Both the position numbers and the translations under genes were made by a program. The notes under the pieces were generated by a model. The model did no database searches. It worked only from the letters and a program-made list of their open reading frames with translations, and was not told the origin of the DNA. 64,000 bases of DNA. It comes from Haliotis rubra (lineage: Eukaryota). Positions 13,351 through 48,544 of this stretch are shown here, in pieces. The stretch covers positions 124,001-188,000 of the forward strand of contig NW_025767212.1 in the NCBI RefSeq assembly GCF_003918875.1, given 5' to 3'. Position 1 is the first letter of the stretch. Each line of letters opens with the position of its first letter.

Positions 13351-15254
13351 GGGTTGCAGATAGAATGTACAGTGACACCCTGTTAATCTGGACTGTCCAT
13401 TTTCAGTTAAACTGTCGAAATAAATATACTTCTAGATTAATTATTCAAGGGTACTTTGTGTCATCCCTCTGGATGCACGTAGATGTCCTAAGAGTAATTG
13501 TCCAGAAGGTAGCATCAAAGTCCAGATTAGATGGGTTTCACTGTATACACTGTCAGTGTAATATTTCCATGGTGACTTGTTAACGTGGTTGTTTCTAATG
13601 GGTATTAGTGTCAAATACATGTAATGACCATCCCTCTAGGATGACAGGTCCATGACAAAGTCATTTCTCCTGGATGCTAGCTGAGATCAAATCTCCATTT
13701 TGTAACACAGAAGCTAAAATGTGTGGGTAAATACTTTGTACATGACCTTAATTAGCAAGAGGTGTACGGTGGTAAAAAGTGTAAAATGATACTGAATGAG
13801 ATCTGAAATGGACATGATACCCAAAATATAACAGTTAACTACAAAACCCCTCCATCAATGAGTTAAATATAAGCTGATTCTTGAGGTTGGGAGTATTCAT
13901 CTTTACACCAAGTTTATGCCATGTGATGCTTTTGTCATATCACTTTGGATTATTTGAAGTGTAAATAGGAAGGGAAGATATTTAACATTATGACAATGTT
14001 CAGGAAGTTTGATTAGTTTCTATGTTAACATGTTTGTACTGGTGCAGTATTTGACATATTAATGATTAAGTTAAGAAACTTGTGTATGGAATGCTTGAAT
14101 GTACATTGAGCACCCTTGATTCAGGTATTCATTTAGACTTGATGATTCTGACAGTAACTTTATAATTATAAGAAGTGTAAATTAGAACAAATTACACAGA
14201 TAAAAAACAACAGAGATCATTTACATTTTGGTATTTCAAATGTGTGGTTATGGCACAAGATTTAAAATTCTTCAGCATTATCTAAACTGAAGAAAGTAAT
14301 CGGTTTTTATCAATTTGCTAGGACATGTAAATATATAAGTATTTAGTTAATGGTTGCTGAATCTGTAATATCTGATATTGATCACAAGATAAATCTTGTC
14401 TCATGTAAGACTTGGTGCAAAAAGCATTCATCATAATAGATTGTTCGTGATGTTTGTCTAATTGAGGGAATGGTTAAAAACTATTTAAGATTAATATTGG
14501 GTATTTTAACATACGTGTATGCTTTGTTCATAGTCTTCAAAAACAACTCATGCTTTTTACATAGCATCAGCTTTAATACCTCATAGGTTGATTTGTAAAT
14601 AATACAATTTGAGTATGATCACCAGAATATTGCCACAATGATAATGTAATTATACAGTTTATCATCAATCATTACATTGCCATTACTGCTGCTTGTTCAT
14701 CACACATTATAATAGTCATACCTATACTAGCTATTAGTTGTATTTGTGCCTATATTTGAAAACAGTTAAACAGATTGACATTCTGATTAAAGAATAATAT
14801 TTCTGGTTATCATTTAAGTAGATTAATAGAAATAATGTCACTGGTACTTGTTTAAGTATTTTATGGATAATTGTAAAATATTAATAAATTAATGGACCCT
14901 TGAATCAAATCTAGCATCAGATAATATATGTACTGCAATGGCTACAATGTGTTCAGTGCAAATGCTTTTCTACTACTGCCATGCCAGCAGGTCCATACAA
15001 ATCATTCCTATTCTTATCATCCTCACAAGTATGGCTAAATTATTTATTTATCATAGTTAATCTACTTGCATGAGTCATCGCTATATTCACATCTGAAGTC
15101 AGATTCATAAATACATTTGAGACAAAAAATCATATCTTAGTTTGTTAATGATCAAGATTGCATTGTAATCAAGTGTCCTTGAGACAAGAAACAGACTGCA
15201 ATCTAAGTAAAACTGTAGCCACATGTATCTCTCAGTTTCCTTGTAATGAGGTTA

Positions 15255-15596
15255 GGGGCTGTTCATAATTTATGGCTAGGGGTGTGTGATGATGATTTTT
15301 ATGGAGAAGCATGTGCAATGTGAATGACCCACCCACCCACCCACCCACCCCTAAAGTTTATGTACAAAATAAGTGACCCTCCTGTATGTCATGTACAAAA
15401 TCAATGACACCCCCTTCCCTTCCCATAATTTCTAAGCATAATTTAAAACATACTTTTTTTGTGTACAAAATTGCTGACACCCCCACCCCCAGTATGTGTG
15501 TACAAAATTGATGAACCCAGAACAAAATGGGTGACACACACACACACACCCTTAAAATCATCATCACCCCCCTAGCCATAAATTATGATCAGTCCC
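15255..15596. mobile_element. MITE, PIF/Harbinger-like
   Basis: ~28-bp TIR GGGGCTGTTCATAATTTATGGCTAGGGG, TTA/TCA flanks, internal TGTACAAAA..TGAC subrepeats. Confidence 0.7.
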
Positions 15597-16209
15597 TCAT
15601 TACAGATTTTCTAATACCCCATATCATATTATCTTAATTAGCACAGATTGTTTTGATCATGTGATTGTTATTGCTGATTTTACCATCCTATACAACTCCA
15701 CATAGTGGACTTCATCCATCATCCTGCTTGATTTTATGGGGCTGTACATTTCGCATTCTAATCATTTTTATTTGTTTAGATTGTTTAGCTCATTGAGTGC
15801 TGTTTGAGTTAGAGTGACCATCCTATGATGGTTATACAGTGTGCATATTTACTGTCAACATTCCTAGAATCAGAATAAAGTATTTTAGATACTTAACTAA
15901 GTTCTTGTGTTATTGAAATCAGATTTGGGCATGGAAAGGGAGTGATTACCACAACAGTGTCCATGACCTGCGGATTAGACAACACAGTATACATTTATAG
16001 TACTTGTTTGTGGGATGTTATGTAATTTAAGGATGGATCTGGCCACTTTTCAAAACGAATCTATTTCATCTGAAAGTACTCAGAGAAAGCGGGTGGTGCA
16101 CCTACTCACATTCCTATTACCAAAAATACAACCTTACTCGGGACTGATAAAACCCCGTATTTCCCTCGACAGGATGTGATAACTTATAGTGCGATGGGAA
16201 TATAATCAA

Positions 16210-16866
16210 GAGTGAGTGTGGCTTTAGGCCGCTTTTTGCAACATTCCACTAATATCACAGCGTGGTGGGCGAGCTGGCTAATGCGCCAGGATAGTGATCC
16301 AGCTAGGGTGAGGTGCCGGGTTCGAGCCCACCTGTGACCGGGTGTAAAAACCTTGGAGTCAACTTTGTGTGCAGACTCTTTCAGTGTTGTCACAACCCCC
16401 AGTGTACAGTACACAGCCCAGTGCACTTAAAAGAATCCACGAATCCGTTGGTATATGACCAGATGGTGGCCACATGAATACGTGCAAACACCTAGTTGCG
16501 AGTACAGCAACGTGCAGTGAACTTGGACAAAGTACTGTGACTGTGTGTTCCAGTCCACCCAGCTGTGAATGGGTACCTCATAAGGATGGGAAGCCGCAAT
16601 AACTTCGGTGCCTTGTGGCAGCAAGAGTTGTATGATCCCCACGGAGCTGAGATTGATAATAAGATGTGCCCTTGAGATTGACATCCAATGATCGAGGGCA
16701 AAAATACCAGCGCCTTGAGCATGCACTAGTGCTTGGGTATGTGCGCTATATAAATATCCAAATATATACACAGCTGGGAAACAAAAATGGGCTTTACACA
16801 TTCTAGCCATGTTGGGAATCGAACCCAGCCTTTGGTGTGACAGGCTATCACTACCCCCACCGCCCG
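16210..16866 (-). mobile_element. SINE family A copy split by SINE family D insertion
   Basis: 3' part 16210-16261, 5' part ~16769-16866. Confidence 0.7.
16262..16768 (+). mobile_element. SINE family D: tRNA head, MESC/Nin-like segment, CORE-like segment, L2-type tail
   Basis: B box GGTTCGAGCCC; TCAACTTTGTGTGCAGACTC; CAGTCCACCCAGCTGTGAATGGGTAC; AGCGCCTTGAGCAT...GCGCTATATAAAT; TSD CACAGC. Confidence 0.7.
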
Positions 16867-17898
16867 CTGTATCACCAAGAAGCATAGGCTGTTCCATAAC
16901 AATATATATATACACCACAATCGTAAGATCCAGTACATTTTACCAGATTTTAACTGAACTAAACACTGACACAGCTCCAACAAGGAACAGCAATATTTCT
17001 GATCGGGCGTTATGCATATGCAGTCGGTGTCACATAATGATATAAACTACATTCGTTTGAAAATGTTTTCCATTGCAAAGACCATCCCATGGGTAATATA
17101 CTCAAAATTCAGCTGTGAAATGTTCTGAGTTCTGCAGACGATACCTGATAGCACGGATCTTCTGGTGTGAAAAAGAGTCATCAACAACAGAAATCATCTT
17201 GTCCCCTTGCGAACTGGTTGCCAAAAAAGGTTCTTTCTTTGGGAAGAAATGGAAAAAGGAGACAACAGATATGTACACTGGTGTGCTATCTGGTGGAACA
17301 ACATACCATTAGTGAGTTCTCCACGATGTCTAATATTGAAATTCTCACTCAGTACCAAAGGAGAAGAGCATAATATTGGCCAACAATGGTCTTAACTTTC
17401 TTTAGGCAGTCCACCTGAATGATTCCTTTGGAATCCCAGGAAAACAGAAGCAGTCACGTTGTTAGCTGACGGAACAAACTTTGCCTTCTTAACTCGAGTG
17501 ATCGATATCGATTTCACTGATTTGGCTGTTGTGTGGTCTCTGGCTGATGCTGGTCAAATCAAGTCTCATGCAGGGATAGAGTTCGCACAAAAAATGGTGG
17601 TTCTGCTTAAAAACGACATACATTGTACAAGAGATGATGAACAAAGGGCGTTTCTGATCAGGAGACAGAAGTCTTGAATGAAGCCTATGTCGTGCCCAAT
17701 TTATTCCTCAGAACGTGTTCAACTTACTCTTAAAAGATGCCTACTCCATTGGCTATGTGGTGTGTGCTGAGTCGTCGACCATCCAAAATCGTCTAATATT
17801 ACCCAACATTTACGTTTAGTAGTGGCGACAGTTAGATGTCTTCGTAATCTTGGATCATATTCGAGGCTCTCTTCCCCTCTTAAACTCCGCCAGGAAAA

Positions 17899-18004
17899 GT
17901 GAGTGAGTGAGTATGGTTTCACGCTGCTTGTAGCAATATTCCAGCAACATCACAGCGGGGGACACCAGAAATGGGCTTCATACATTGTACCCATGTGGGG
18001 AATC
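17899..18004 (-). mobile_element. SINE family A, 5'-truncated
   Basis: Homology; TSD AGGAAAAG. Confidence 0.75.
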
Positions 18005-18217
18005 ATAGGAAAAGAACGGAATATGGATGGCTGAATGAGTTAGCCATTAGAGAGGCTTAATGACAATTCTTACCCAGTTCTGTCCGTTTTCATCACTACG
18101 GAATGTCTAGTCCATTTGAGTCCTTCAAATATATGCTGCATGGTTGTATATTTAATTCGGATGAAGCTCCTGCGTATTGGCTTTTCAGGAATCCCTTGTA
18201 CCACGGATCCATACTGA

Positions 18218-18444
18218 GTGAGTGAGTGAGTGAGTTAAGTTTTACGCCGCACTCAGAAATATTCCAGCTATATGGCGGCGGTCTGTAAATAATCGAGTCT
18301 GGACCAGACAATCCAGTGATCAACAGCATGAGCATCGACTGGGCAACTGGGAACCGATGACATGTGTCAACCAAGCATAGTCGCCTTTTGTGGCAAGCAT
18401 GGGTTGCTGAAGACCTATTCTACCCCGGATCTTCACGGGTGCGC
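18218..18444 (-). mobile_element. SINE-like family B (non-tRNA structured head, tail shared with family A)
   Basis: TSD ATCCATACTGA; homologous to 41323-41568. Confidence 0.8.
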
Positions 18445-19514
18445 ATCCATACTGAACAAAAAAGACTTCCGGATCATGAAAATTTAGGGGAGCATGTCTT
18501 GTAGGGAAGACTGACTTTCTTAAAATTAGTACGGTATATACATGTACAAATGTTTAAGATCCCTGACTTGTTATATTCAGCATATTTCATCTCGCAGAAG
18601 ATTGAATATCCAACATGCGTGCGTTTTTGTAATGGAACGAGGGTAGTCTAGTCCACTCGTCACACCGAAGGCCCATGTTCGATTCCCCACTTGGTGACAA
18701 TTTCTGGCGCCCTCCGTCGTACGTGATATTTGCGGGAATATTGCATCTAACGTATATCGTCATTTCGAATGGAATCATAAGCGAGTTCTCTATTTTACAG
18801 CTAGTTACCAAAGGCGTTAAGTGTTGATAATATTGATTATGTTAATTGGAATCATTCAATTTCAGTATTTAAAAATGTATCATCGAAATCGCCCTACCCA
18901 TTTGCAGGATGATTATAAAATTCATCTTTTGAAATTTTAGTTTTGGAAACTTTACGCAGGCATTGAAGATTGTATGGAAGTGAAAAATCTATGTTCAGTT
19001 CTTCCTCCTATAGTTGGATATAAAATATATCAATGAGATTCTTAGACAGGCGAATATACTGAGAATTTCACATTCAGTAAAACGGCAATAATAAATGTTC
19101 ACACAGATAAATGCTATAGGTTGATATTTCCCATATGAACATGGCTCTCATTGCAATTGTTTTCACCCCAATTATGTTGCCTTAATTCATTTATCAATCG
19201 TACATAGATTTCATGATTTAAGGAAGGGCACGTCCGATATTTTACAGGAACCATCCAACAATGGATCGGGAGCCTCTACAAAGCTCTGATATTATGCAAT
19301 CAAAATGCAAGCAATATATTAAAAAATATTTGTTGTCATAACTCTGTCATTTCAAAGTTATTAAAATATCTAACGTTGTTAATATCACGAAGGTACCATT
19401 TTCAAATCCCAGGAACCTCTTCTCAAACTGCATGTAAAATAGCATTGATAAACACTTGTTACCCAACTGAATCAACGCATCAATAGGAATGTGTTGACTT
19501 GCTTCTCACAGCCG

Positions 19515-19620
19515 ATATTGACCAATCGAAACACAGTCTCACATCGAGACTCATTTTCATTGGTCGCGCAGCTGCCAAAATGGCTGCATTTGGACGATCT
19601 TCATTCGGAGAATGAGTAAG
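19515..19620 (+). promoter_or_regulatory. Putative promoter/first non-coding exon of the zinc finger gene (CCAAT boxes, YY1-like CAAAATGGCTGC, donor GTAAG at 19616)
   Basis: CCAAT at ~19522, ATTGG at ~19560, AAAATGGC at ~19577, local CpG enrichment to ~20050, a splice donor, and an unused acceptor at 21807 upstream of the ATG. Confidence 0.55.
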
Positions 19621-21324
19621 AAGCATCGTATCATCGCGAGACGACGTTTCTATTCAAAGGTATTCAGTCACGTAGAGGAGTGTAGATATGTCAGTTCTGT
19701 TCCGGGTTGTAATTTACCTCGATAGCTCAGCAATTACCGTGTATTTGCTCCGTGTAGCCCGATAGTTGAGCCGCCTAAACACCGGCGACAGGCAGGGCTC
19801 TTGACAAGAAACGAGGCCTGCTTTCGTCGGTCTACCTCTCCGAGTTTTACTCACTGACCTCAACACGTTTCTTGTTTATTTGCGTGATTCTTACGCTTGA
19901 GATGTGTACAGCTTTCCCAGCTTGACTTTACGACAGAAAATACAGCTGACATTCTGCCGTTTTTGCACGACCTCCGTGCATGTGCTGTATAAATACCGCA
20001 TTACCGTGAACTACCGTATTTACCCTAAAGACACGATCGATAATTATATAACACGGTCACATTCATACCCAAACCCAGTCACTCTTAGGGCAGAAAATAG
20101 TTTTAAAATGACTTTTGATTTCACGTAATACGTTTGTCGCAGCTTTGATGCAAATATATAATCAAGTTTGTGTAAGGACAAGTGATGTCTAGTGTAAATT
20201 GATACAGTTAGGTATCATACTTACTGTTAATGTTTTATTAAAATTGCCCCATTTGAGAAAAATAATCATGTTTTAAAAACATGCTGAAAGGACATTACAC
20301 TAAACGTTTACTGATATTTTACATTATACAATCCACTTCCTGTACAGAGATTGAGATTGTTGTTTATGTTACTCAGCACAACTATTTGAGTCTTAGAGAT
20401 GTAACAAAATTTAAATGTTATAATCCATAAATCTGAATGAATATTCTTAACTGTTGTTATAAGATTCACCTGGTTTAGGACAGGGCAAATACATATACAG
20501 TCATGTACCAATATATCAGATGAGCTTGCTGCATATTATATATGCATATAATTAGTAATTCCATAGGCAAAGTTATATAGATGTTGCTATATAAAATGTA
20601 CAGATGATAAAGTGAGCAAGTGTAGTTTTCTGCTTTTTGTAATATACAGCAGTGTCCTGATTGGGAGTAGGAGAACTAGAAATGAAATACTATGAGGTGT
20701 AAGTTTCATACATAAATTAACAAGACACCTCACAGTTAAGGAGCATATCCGTGTAAAATCTTTTGATGAAGCAAGTCTTATAAGGTGTAGTTCTACACCA
20801 CAATCACTATTATGAAATCACAACCCTCTGTGTTATATAAAGTATATATTATGTCACAGTTGTACAATGTATATAGAAAGATGCCAAATTTCATCTCTGG
20901 TTTCCCCAAATTTTAAAACCACTCCTTCTTTCTCTATCTAATTTTCTCCAAAACATGTACAGCCACATATAATATACAATCATCACTGTATTTAGTGTGA
21001 GTGAGTTAAGATTTAAAGTCACATCAGCAATATTTCAGCCATATCGTGACTAAAACTAGTTCTCAATTTATAATACATACATATAATATATAAAACCCTG
21101 TCAACAAAGGACAGTAAAACCACTAGATTATCACAGATTGAGTTAAAACTAGCTAGCATATATCTTTAAAAGTAGAAAATTATTTCTGGACAATACAATG
21201 TAAAATTGGGCTATAGATTGCCAACAACTGAAGGTAGATCACCATACTAGGGACCTGTATTTAGTAACCTGAAAGTGTATATCATGTGCACAGTAATGCT
21301 TCAAAATGTTTACCAACCACCATT

Positions 21325-21481
21325 GAGTGAGTGAGTATGGTTTCACGCTGCTTTTAACAATATTCCAGCTATGTCATGGTGCACCAGAAATGGGCATCAC
21401 ACACTGTACCCATGGGGGGAATCGAACCCAGGTCTTCAGCATGACGAGCGGACGCTTACCCATTAGGCTACCCCACCACCC
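21325..21481 (-). mobile_element. SINE family A
   Basis: Homology to family consensus. Confidence 0.8.
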
Positions 21482-21981
21482 ACCAGCATTGAGAAGGAGG
21501 TTCTTTCCTATAACTTTTCCATGTAGACAAACACATGCAGGGGGCATTGGGCCACTGGGCAGCTTGGTCAGATCATGCAGTGGAAGCTTTGGTATAAATA
21601 TCCAGAGTACCTTATCGCTGATGGACTAACGTTAAACCAGTCAAAGTAGAACAACACTAAACAAAATACTTTCAAAGTCTTAAAAACTCCCCAAAACAAG
21701 GTCATGCAAATAATGATATACATATCTGTACAGTGTGAATGTCAACATTAATTATCTACTCCAACTTTCCCCTTTTGATTAATTTCACTTTGTTTTCTGT
21801 TCCACAGTCCTATCAAGCATGGAACTAAAGACTCCAGACACAGAGGAATGAAACCATGATTCATTTACGATTGGGTAATATTTTCTGCTTCACAAACTGG
21901 AAATTATTATGTGGATGATTGAGAATTATCTGAAGTGTAAACAAAGTTGAGAAATCTGGTCATGACATCTTAGATAGAAAG

Positions 21982-24900
21982 ATGTCAGACACCGAAAATG
22001 CTGCCTTGATAACACGCCTGTACAGTGAGATTGGCACCCCTGAATCTCATTCTGTTCAAGTTACGGTACAACTGGACCAGGAAGGTAATTCAGTCATTAA
22101 TATTCCTGAAGCTAGCCCTGCTAAGGATGACTCGGTCACATATTGCTACAGATGTGGTCTGTGTCAGCTGGACTTTGTGGCCTACCAAGAACTAACCAAC
22201 CATCTGAAGCACCTTCATTTAAGGAACCATCAGTTTTCTTTTAAGGGGAAAGATAAGGATTATTACAACTTCAAACATGTCATTGTCATCACTGGAACAG
22301 AGGCGTTCCAGTGTGAGTTGTGTAATGTTCAGTTTGCAGAGTCTGAACTTGCCAGGGAACATTTTAACACCCATCATGGATCTCCGCATGACACATGTGT
22401 TGATGATGTGGTTGAGGAAGAGATTCCAGATAAGAAGAGCAGTCAGGTCAAGAAGCCCTTCCTGTGCAATGTCTGTGGGAAAGGATTCAGTAAACAGTCA
22501 AATGTTGCACGTCACAAGAAAACTCATTCATTTGAAAAGTGTAAATACTGTGATAAAATGTTTTTGATTCATTCAGATTTGGAAAAGCATCTGCTTGGTC
22601 ACAAGGAAAATTGGACAGATTCAGTTGAGTTTCAAGTTGATGAATCCAAGGAAAAAGGTGAAGAATGTTTTAATGGAATTGTCAGCAATGTTGGAATGTC
22701 CACATCAAATGATAATCTCAATACAGAGGGGAAAGGCGAGGAGCAGACGTCAATTTTAGAGCAGACACAAGAAATAAAGGGCACCCAGGCTTCAGCTGAA
22801 TCTTTGACTGATGATCAGACTGATGGAAATGACAACTTTTCTGGAGATGATTTTGATGAGATGATCTCATTTGGAGATGCTGCTGCTGATGTAATGTTAG
22901 ATGACGGAAAGAAATTTACATGTCATGTCTGCGGTAAAACTGTAAATGGGAAGCAACAGTTCAATAATCATGTGGCAACACATGATGGACAGTTTAAATG
23001 TGATTTGTGTGAGAATGTTTTCAAAACTGTGGAGGAGCTTGATGATCATGAACTCACTCATGAAGGAGAGGATTTATTTAAGTGCAGAGTATGTAGCCGA
23101 ACTTTCAGACAGACGCGGCATCTCAAACTCCATCTTAAAATTCATGTCGATAAGTTCAAATGTGATGAGTGTGGTGAAACATTTCCCATGTATTCGTCAC
23201 TGAGAGAACATGTACGGACCCACATTGAATCTGCTCCATTCAAGTGTGATATCTGTGAGAAAAGGTTTACTTTAAAAACTGCCTACGTCGACATTACTCA
23301 ATTCATTCAGGTGAAAAACCACATAAGTGCAAACACTGTGATAAATGTTTTCGGTTGGCTAGTAGTCTTCGATACCATGAGCGGGTTCACACAGGTGAGT
23401 TTCCATTGAAGTGTGATTTCTGTGATAAACGTTTCCGCTTGAGCCAGGCTCTAAAAAAGCATGTTGCCAGTTTCCATGCTTCAGTGAAACCCTACAAATG
23501 TGATATTTGCAAAAAGGGATTTGTTGAAAAGGGTCGTCTCACAGCACATAGAAGCAGGGTCCATTTTGGTCAGAAAAACAGAAAGACGGGTAGCAAGTCT
23601 GAGTCATCTGATGAAAAACACTCTTCATTTGCATGTATGGTGTGTAAAGAGAGACTGAAAGACGCGAATGATTTAGAAAATCATCTCAGATCATGTCCGT
23701 CTCAACATAAAGAAAACAACGGGCTTGTTCTGGAGGAAAGAGTTGACAAGAATGAACAGCCGAAAATTTTCCTGTGCGTGAAATGTGAGAAAGGGTTCAG
23801 CTCTTGTGAGAAACTACTGGCTCATATGAGAAGGCATGGAGAGCCGTCTTGGCTAAATAAGGCTGGGTCTTGTCGTCAGTACGTGCCACATCTGCAACAA
23901 GACTGTCAACCATCTTCAGAAACACCTGGTCACCCATATGGGTCTAAAGCCATTCAGCTGCGAAGTTTGTGGCAAGTCCTTCCCAGAAAGATACATCCTC
24001 ACCAAACATATGAAAAGTCATTCTACAGTCCGGCATTATGAGTGTAAACTCTGCAACAGTGCTTTCAAGAGAGGTGATAATCTCAAACGCCACCTCAAAG
24101 TGACTCATAACGTTGATCCCGAGAAATATGAAATTAAAAATATCACATCAACAAAATCGAAAACCTACATGTGTAAGAAGTGTGATGTTAATTTCACGGA
24201 TGAGGATGAGTATAAGCAACATAAGAAAAGCCACAACGAGAAAGTGCCAGCTATTTGCAGCATGTGTGGGAAGCTGTTCACGAACATGGTTCACCTCAAA
24301 AGCCACATGAAGATCCACGCGAATTGGAGACCGTACATGTGCGAAACGTGTGGAAAGACTTTCACAGAAAACAGTCAGCTGAAGAAGCACATCCGCATCC
24401 ACACTGGAGAGAAGCCGTATTCGTGTCAGTTTTGCGACAAATCCTTCTCTCAATCATGTTCTCTAAACAACCACATGAAGAGTCACCAGTTTGTTGGAGA
24501 CACTCCCTTCAAATGTCATCTGTGTTCCGCATCCTTCGCGTATTGTGGCGAGCTGGAGAAACACAAGAGGGGCCACATGGGGACTGATGTGTTTGGTTGT
24601 GGCTTGTGTTGTAAAAAGTTCTCTCACCCAGATGACCTCAAGCACCATGTTGATACCCATTTGGAAAAGCCGTCTGAACTGCCAGCTGATTTACCAAGTC
24701 AGTCTGGCGTCTCTAGTGAAAATGTTACAACAGAGGACATGTCCCTATCCACCTGACTCTATGGTTACCATGTCCTATGGGGCTCCTTTGGGAGGACCAA
24801 CAGGAAACTTTGACAGTCATGTCACAGGCAATATGACTGTAGGGGCAGACCTGAGTGGTCTGACCGGTCCTATGGTAACAGCTCCTCCTGTTGCCATGGT

Positions 24901-25027
24901 TACTGGTATGGAACCGTGCATGCCCCTCCCTAGAGCTAGCATGACCCAGAGTATGAACATGCACCATGTCCAGGCTTTGATGAGAGAAGCTGAGATGATG
25001 ATACAAAATGCTCATCAGAATCAGTGA
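21982..25027 (+). CDS. Multi-C2H2 zinc finger protein (~23 fingers, ~1010 aa), single coding exon with 3 apparent frameshifts (~23280, ~23850-23880, ~24750)
   Basis: ORFs 21982-23409, 23355-24041, 23938-24756 and 24491-25027 join by small frame switches (LRRHYSIHSGEKPHKC; TCHICNKTVNHLQKHLVTHMGLKP). HTGEKPY linkers are present. Acceptor at 21807, AATAAA at 25144. The C-terminus after 24756 is inferred. Confidence 0.85.
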
Positions 25028-25714
25028 GACATCAAAGGTTGATATTGGTTGTATTCAGTTCATTGCTGACCACCAGGATTGAATATCAGGGTTTGTCGTT
25101 ACCAACCTTATGATAAAGACTATGGTATGGTGAGACAGTGGTCAATAAATAAACTGGTCCACTTGACAACAGACTTAGTTATTCAGCCTGTTCTCTCTAC
25201 ATTCAGTTACGATACATAACCTTAACACAATTGCCACCAAAACTTAGTTTTAAGTCTGGTTTGGATGATGCAATAATTACAAAAAGCTACATTTCATACT
25301 TCTTGACCTTCCCTCTTTGTGTGCAGTCTAGCAAATTCGAACATTCTGAATAGTTATGAAAACTGTTTTTCCAACACTTAAAGTCATTCTTCTGCTTTCA
25401 TGATTAAATGTTAATTTATTCAGTGATTGTTCACTTGAATGAAGCTGTTATCAGGAAGTAGATGTGATAAACTTGCATTCAGCTATCTTCAGAATAATTT
25501 TGGTTGATTGTAAATGTCGAGGTCATGACAAAATGTTAGTATGGTTCGTAATAAACGGGAAGATGGCAACATTACTTATTATACTGACAAAATATGGTGA
25601 TGGAAAGGCACAGGTTATGTAGAATGGAGATATAGACAGACATAATCATGTTTAACTTAACAAAGGTCAGTGAACATTTATGAGCATTTATAAAAGCAAC
25701 TTATAAGTCAAAGC

Positions 25715-25940
25715 AACCCAGGAACATTGAAGTTGGAACTGATCTTTGGCAACCCATGCTTTTCATAAGAGGTGACAAACTTGGAATGGGTGATCACTGA
25801 CTTGGATGATGCCTGTCATTGTATACCAGTTGTGTAGATCAATACTTATAGTGTCAAACACTGGACAGTTTGGTCTAGACTCGATTATTTACAGACAGCT
25901 GTCATAGAACTGAAATATTGTTGAGTGCAGTTAAACAAGA
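25715..25940 (+). mobile_element. SINE-like family B, diverged
   Basis: GCAACCCATGCTTTTCATAAGAGGTGAC...GACTCGATTATTTACAGAC...AATATTGTTGAGTGC. Confidence 0.6.
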
Positions 25941-27705
25941 AACTAATTTTAAGTCAAGTTTGTGGGACTGACTAGTTGAAAATATGTATGACTTTCACAA
26001 GATATTTCTGCAGATATTGTTGGAGACATCTGCAAATAGTGAATTCCGTTAAGCATTCTTTGGAAGATCTGGTATATTTTTGTGCGCAAGTTTTTTCCCT
26101 CTGTTTGCTGCTTCTGTTGATTACCCCAAAACATGTGACCTGTCCCAACCTATTCTTGAGCTCAATTTTAAATATCGACCAAACAGGAGCACAAATATTT
26201 CTAACAAAGTTGTTTTTCTCAGTGATGAAATGGACAAGAGAAACAACCATCTTTCCTATGCGTTTCAATTGTCCGGTTCGTTCATTAAAGCCAGAAGGAC
26301 AGTGATTGACCACCTCGGCAATTATTACATAGTCACCATTACACAGAATCAGACCGTGAGACAGGTCACCTCCTATAACCATCTAATCATCTTGCTGTGA
26401 AATTAGGTTTGTGGTTTAACACTCCACTCCGCAATAGTGTAGCAAAATGACGACAGTCTGTAAATATTTAATGATCAAGTACATCCCTTGTTGATATTTT
26501 GAGCAATTAATCCATGCTCTCAGTGTATGATGACACGCAAAAAAAACCAAGTCATCAAGCCTGACCACTTCATCCATTTAGTGGTTCATTATGACCAGTA
26601 CAGTTCAGCCAGTTAATATAATCATTTGGGCACTCGACCACTGTGCAGACCTGAGAAGGTAACTCACACTTGTCCGTGTTCCTTGTTACATGTCCACATA
26701 TCGCTCCCTTGTTCTCCAGGTACATAGACAATGTCATATTTTACAGAGTAAAATAGATTTTGATTACGGTATGGTACGAGTAACGTCCCTTGCCTCTACA
26801 ACAGTATCGCTGCAGTTATCTCCCTTATATTAGCATCAGCACCCGCACGGCTTCAGGCTTTCAACATCACGGAGCAGTGATAAATTGTATCGAAAATGTC
26901 ATCAAAAGAGGTTTCAGAGCAAACCGACGTGAAACCGAAACACCAGAAAGCTGGACTAAAGATGATGGAAGCCCTAGAGTCGCTAAAACCTTCTCCGCAG
27001 ACTAGGCAAACCATGTCGTCTGGTAGCCCGCCACTGCATCATGCATCAGACAACGACATTGAACTAGCAATATCAGTCAAAATAGGCCACAATGAATTAA
27101 ACAAAACTAAATAGAGAAGACAGAATTGTCACTATCTTTGCTACAAAAAACCCCAAACAATTATAACTTTATAACAAAATAATTTATTTCCTTCAATTCC
27201 ATGAAGTAAACTATATACATTCATAGGAAACCATTCTCTCGGTACAAACATGCATGTCAATCACGATCCCTTCACAAAACGATTGACATAACTGAGTACA
27301 CAATCCATACAAAACAAAATTTTCTTGACATACAAAACATTTAGCTGTATTCTTGACAGTCACACAAAACATCAGTTGTTCCAGCACTTCATGCCTCCAG
27401 CAAGTTACACCACAGATGAAGCTGAGCATATGTTATGTCAAACATCTATACCTATCAATCAAGTTTAGCTCACTTATTTTGAAAAGAAAATCCAAGAAGT
27501 TCCTTCAGGAAGGGACATAAAATATCCACACACAATTCTTCGTTATTCAGATGACTTTGCTGAGTGAGTGAGGGAGTTAGGTTTAACACAGCTTTGAACA
27601 GTATTCCCGCTACACAATGGAGTAATGTGTAGACAGCACATACTGTAGGACACTGGCAGGTGAGTATTAGGACCGCCATTACAGCCCCTATAGTCTCCGC
27701 CAGAG

Positions 27706-48544
<20,839 letters not shown>

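Noticed and set aside
18395-18440. CTGAAGA / CTGATGA in the antisense of family B heads as hammerhead cores
   Set aside because: No stem II-GAAA-NUH arrangement follows
21982-25027. Programmed frameshifting or pseudogene status of the ZNF
   Set aside because: No slippery sites evident; similar indels hit essential POLR3B, so assembly error is simpler
25949-27114. Overlapping ORFs of 60-136 aa between ZNF and POLR3B
   Set aside because: No recognisable domains or convincing exon structure
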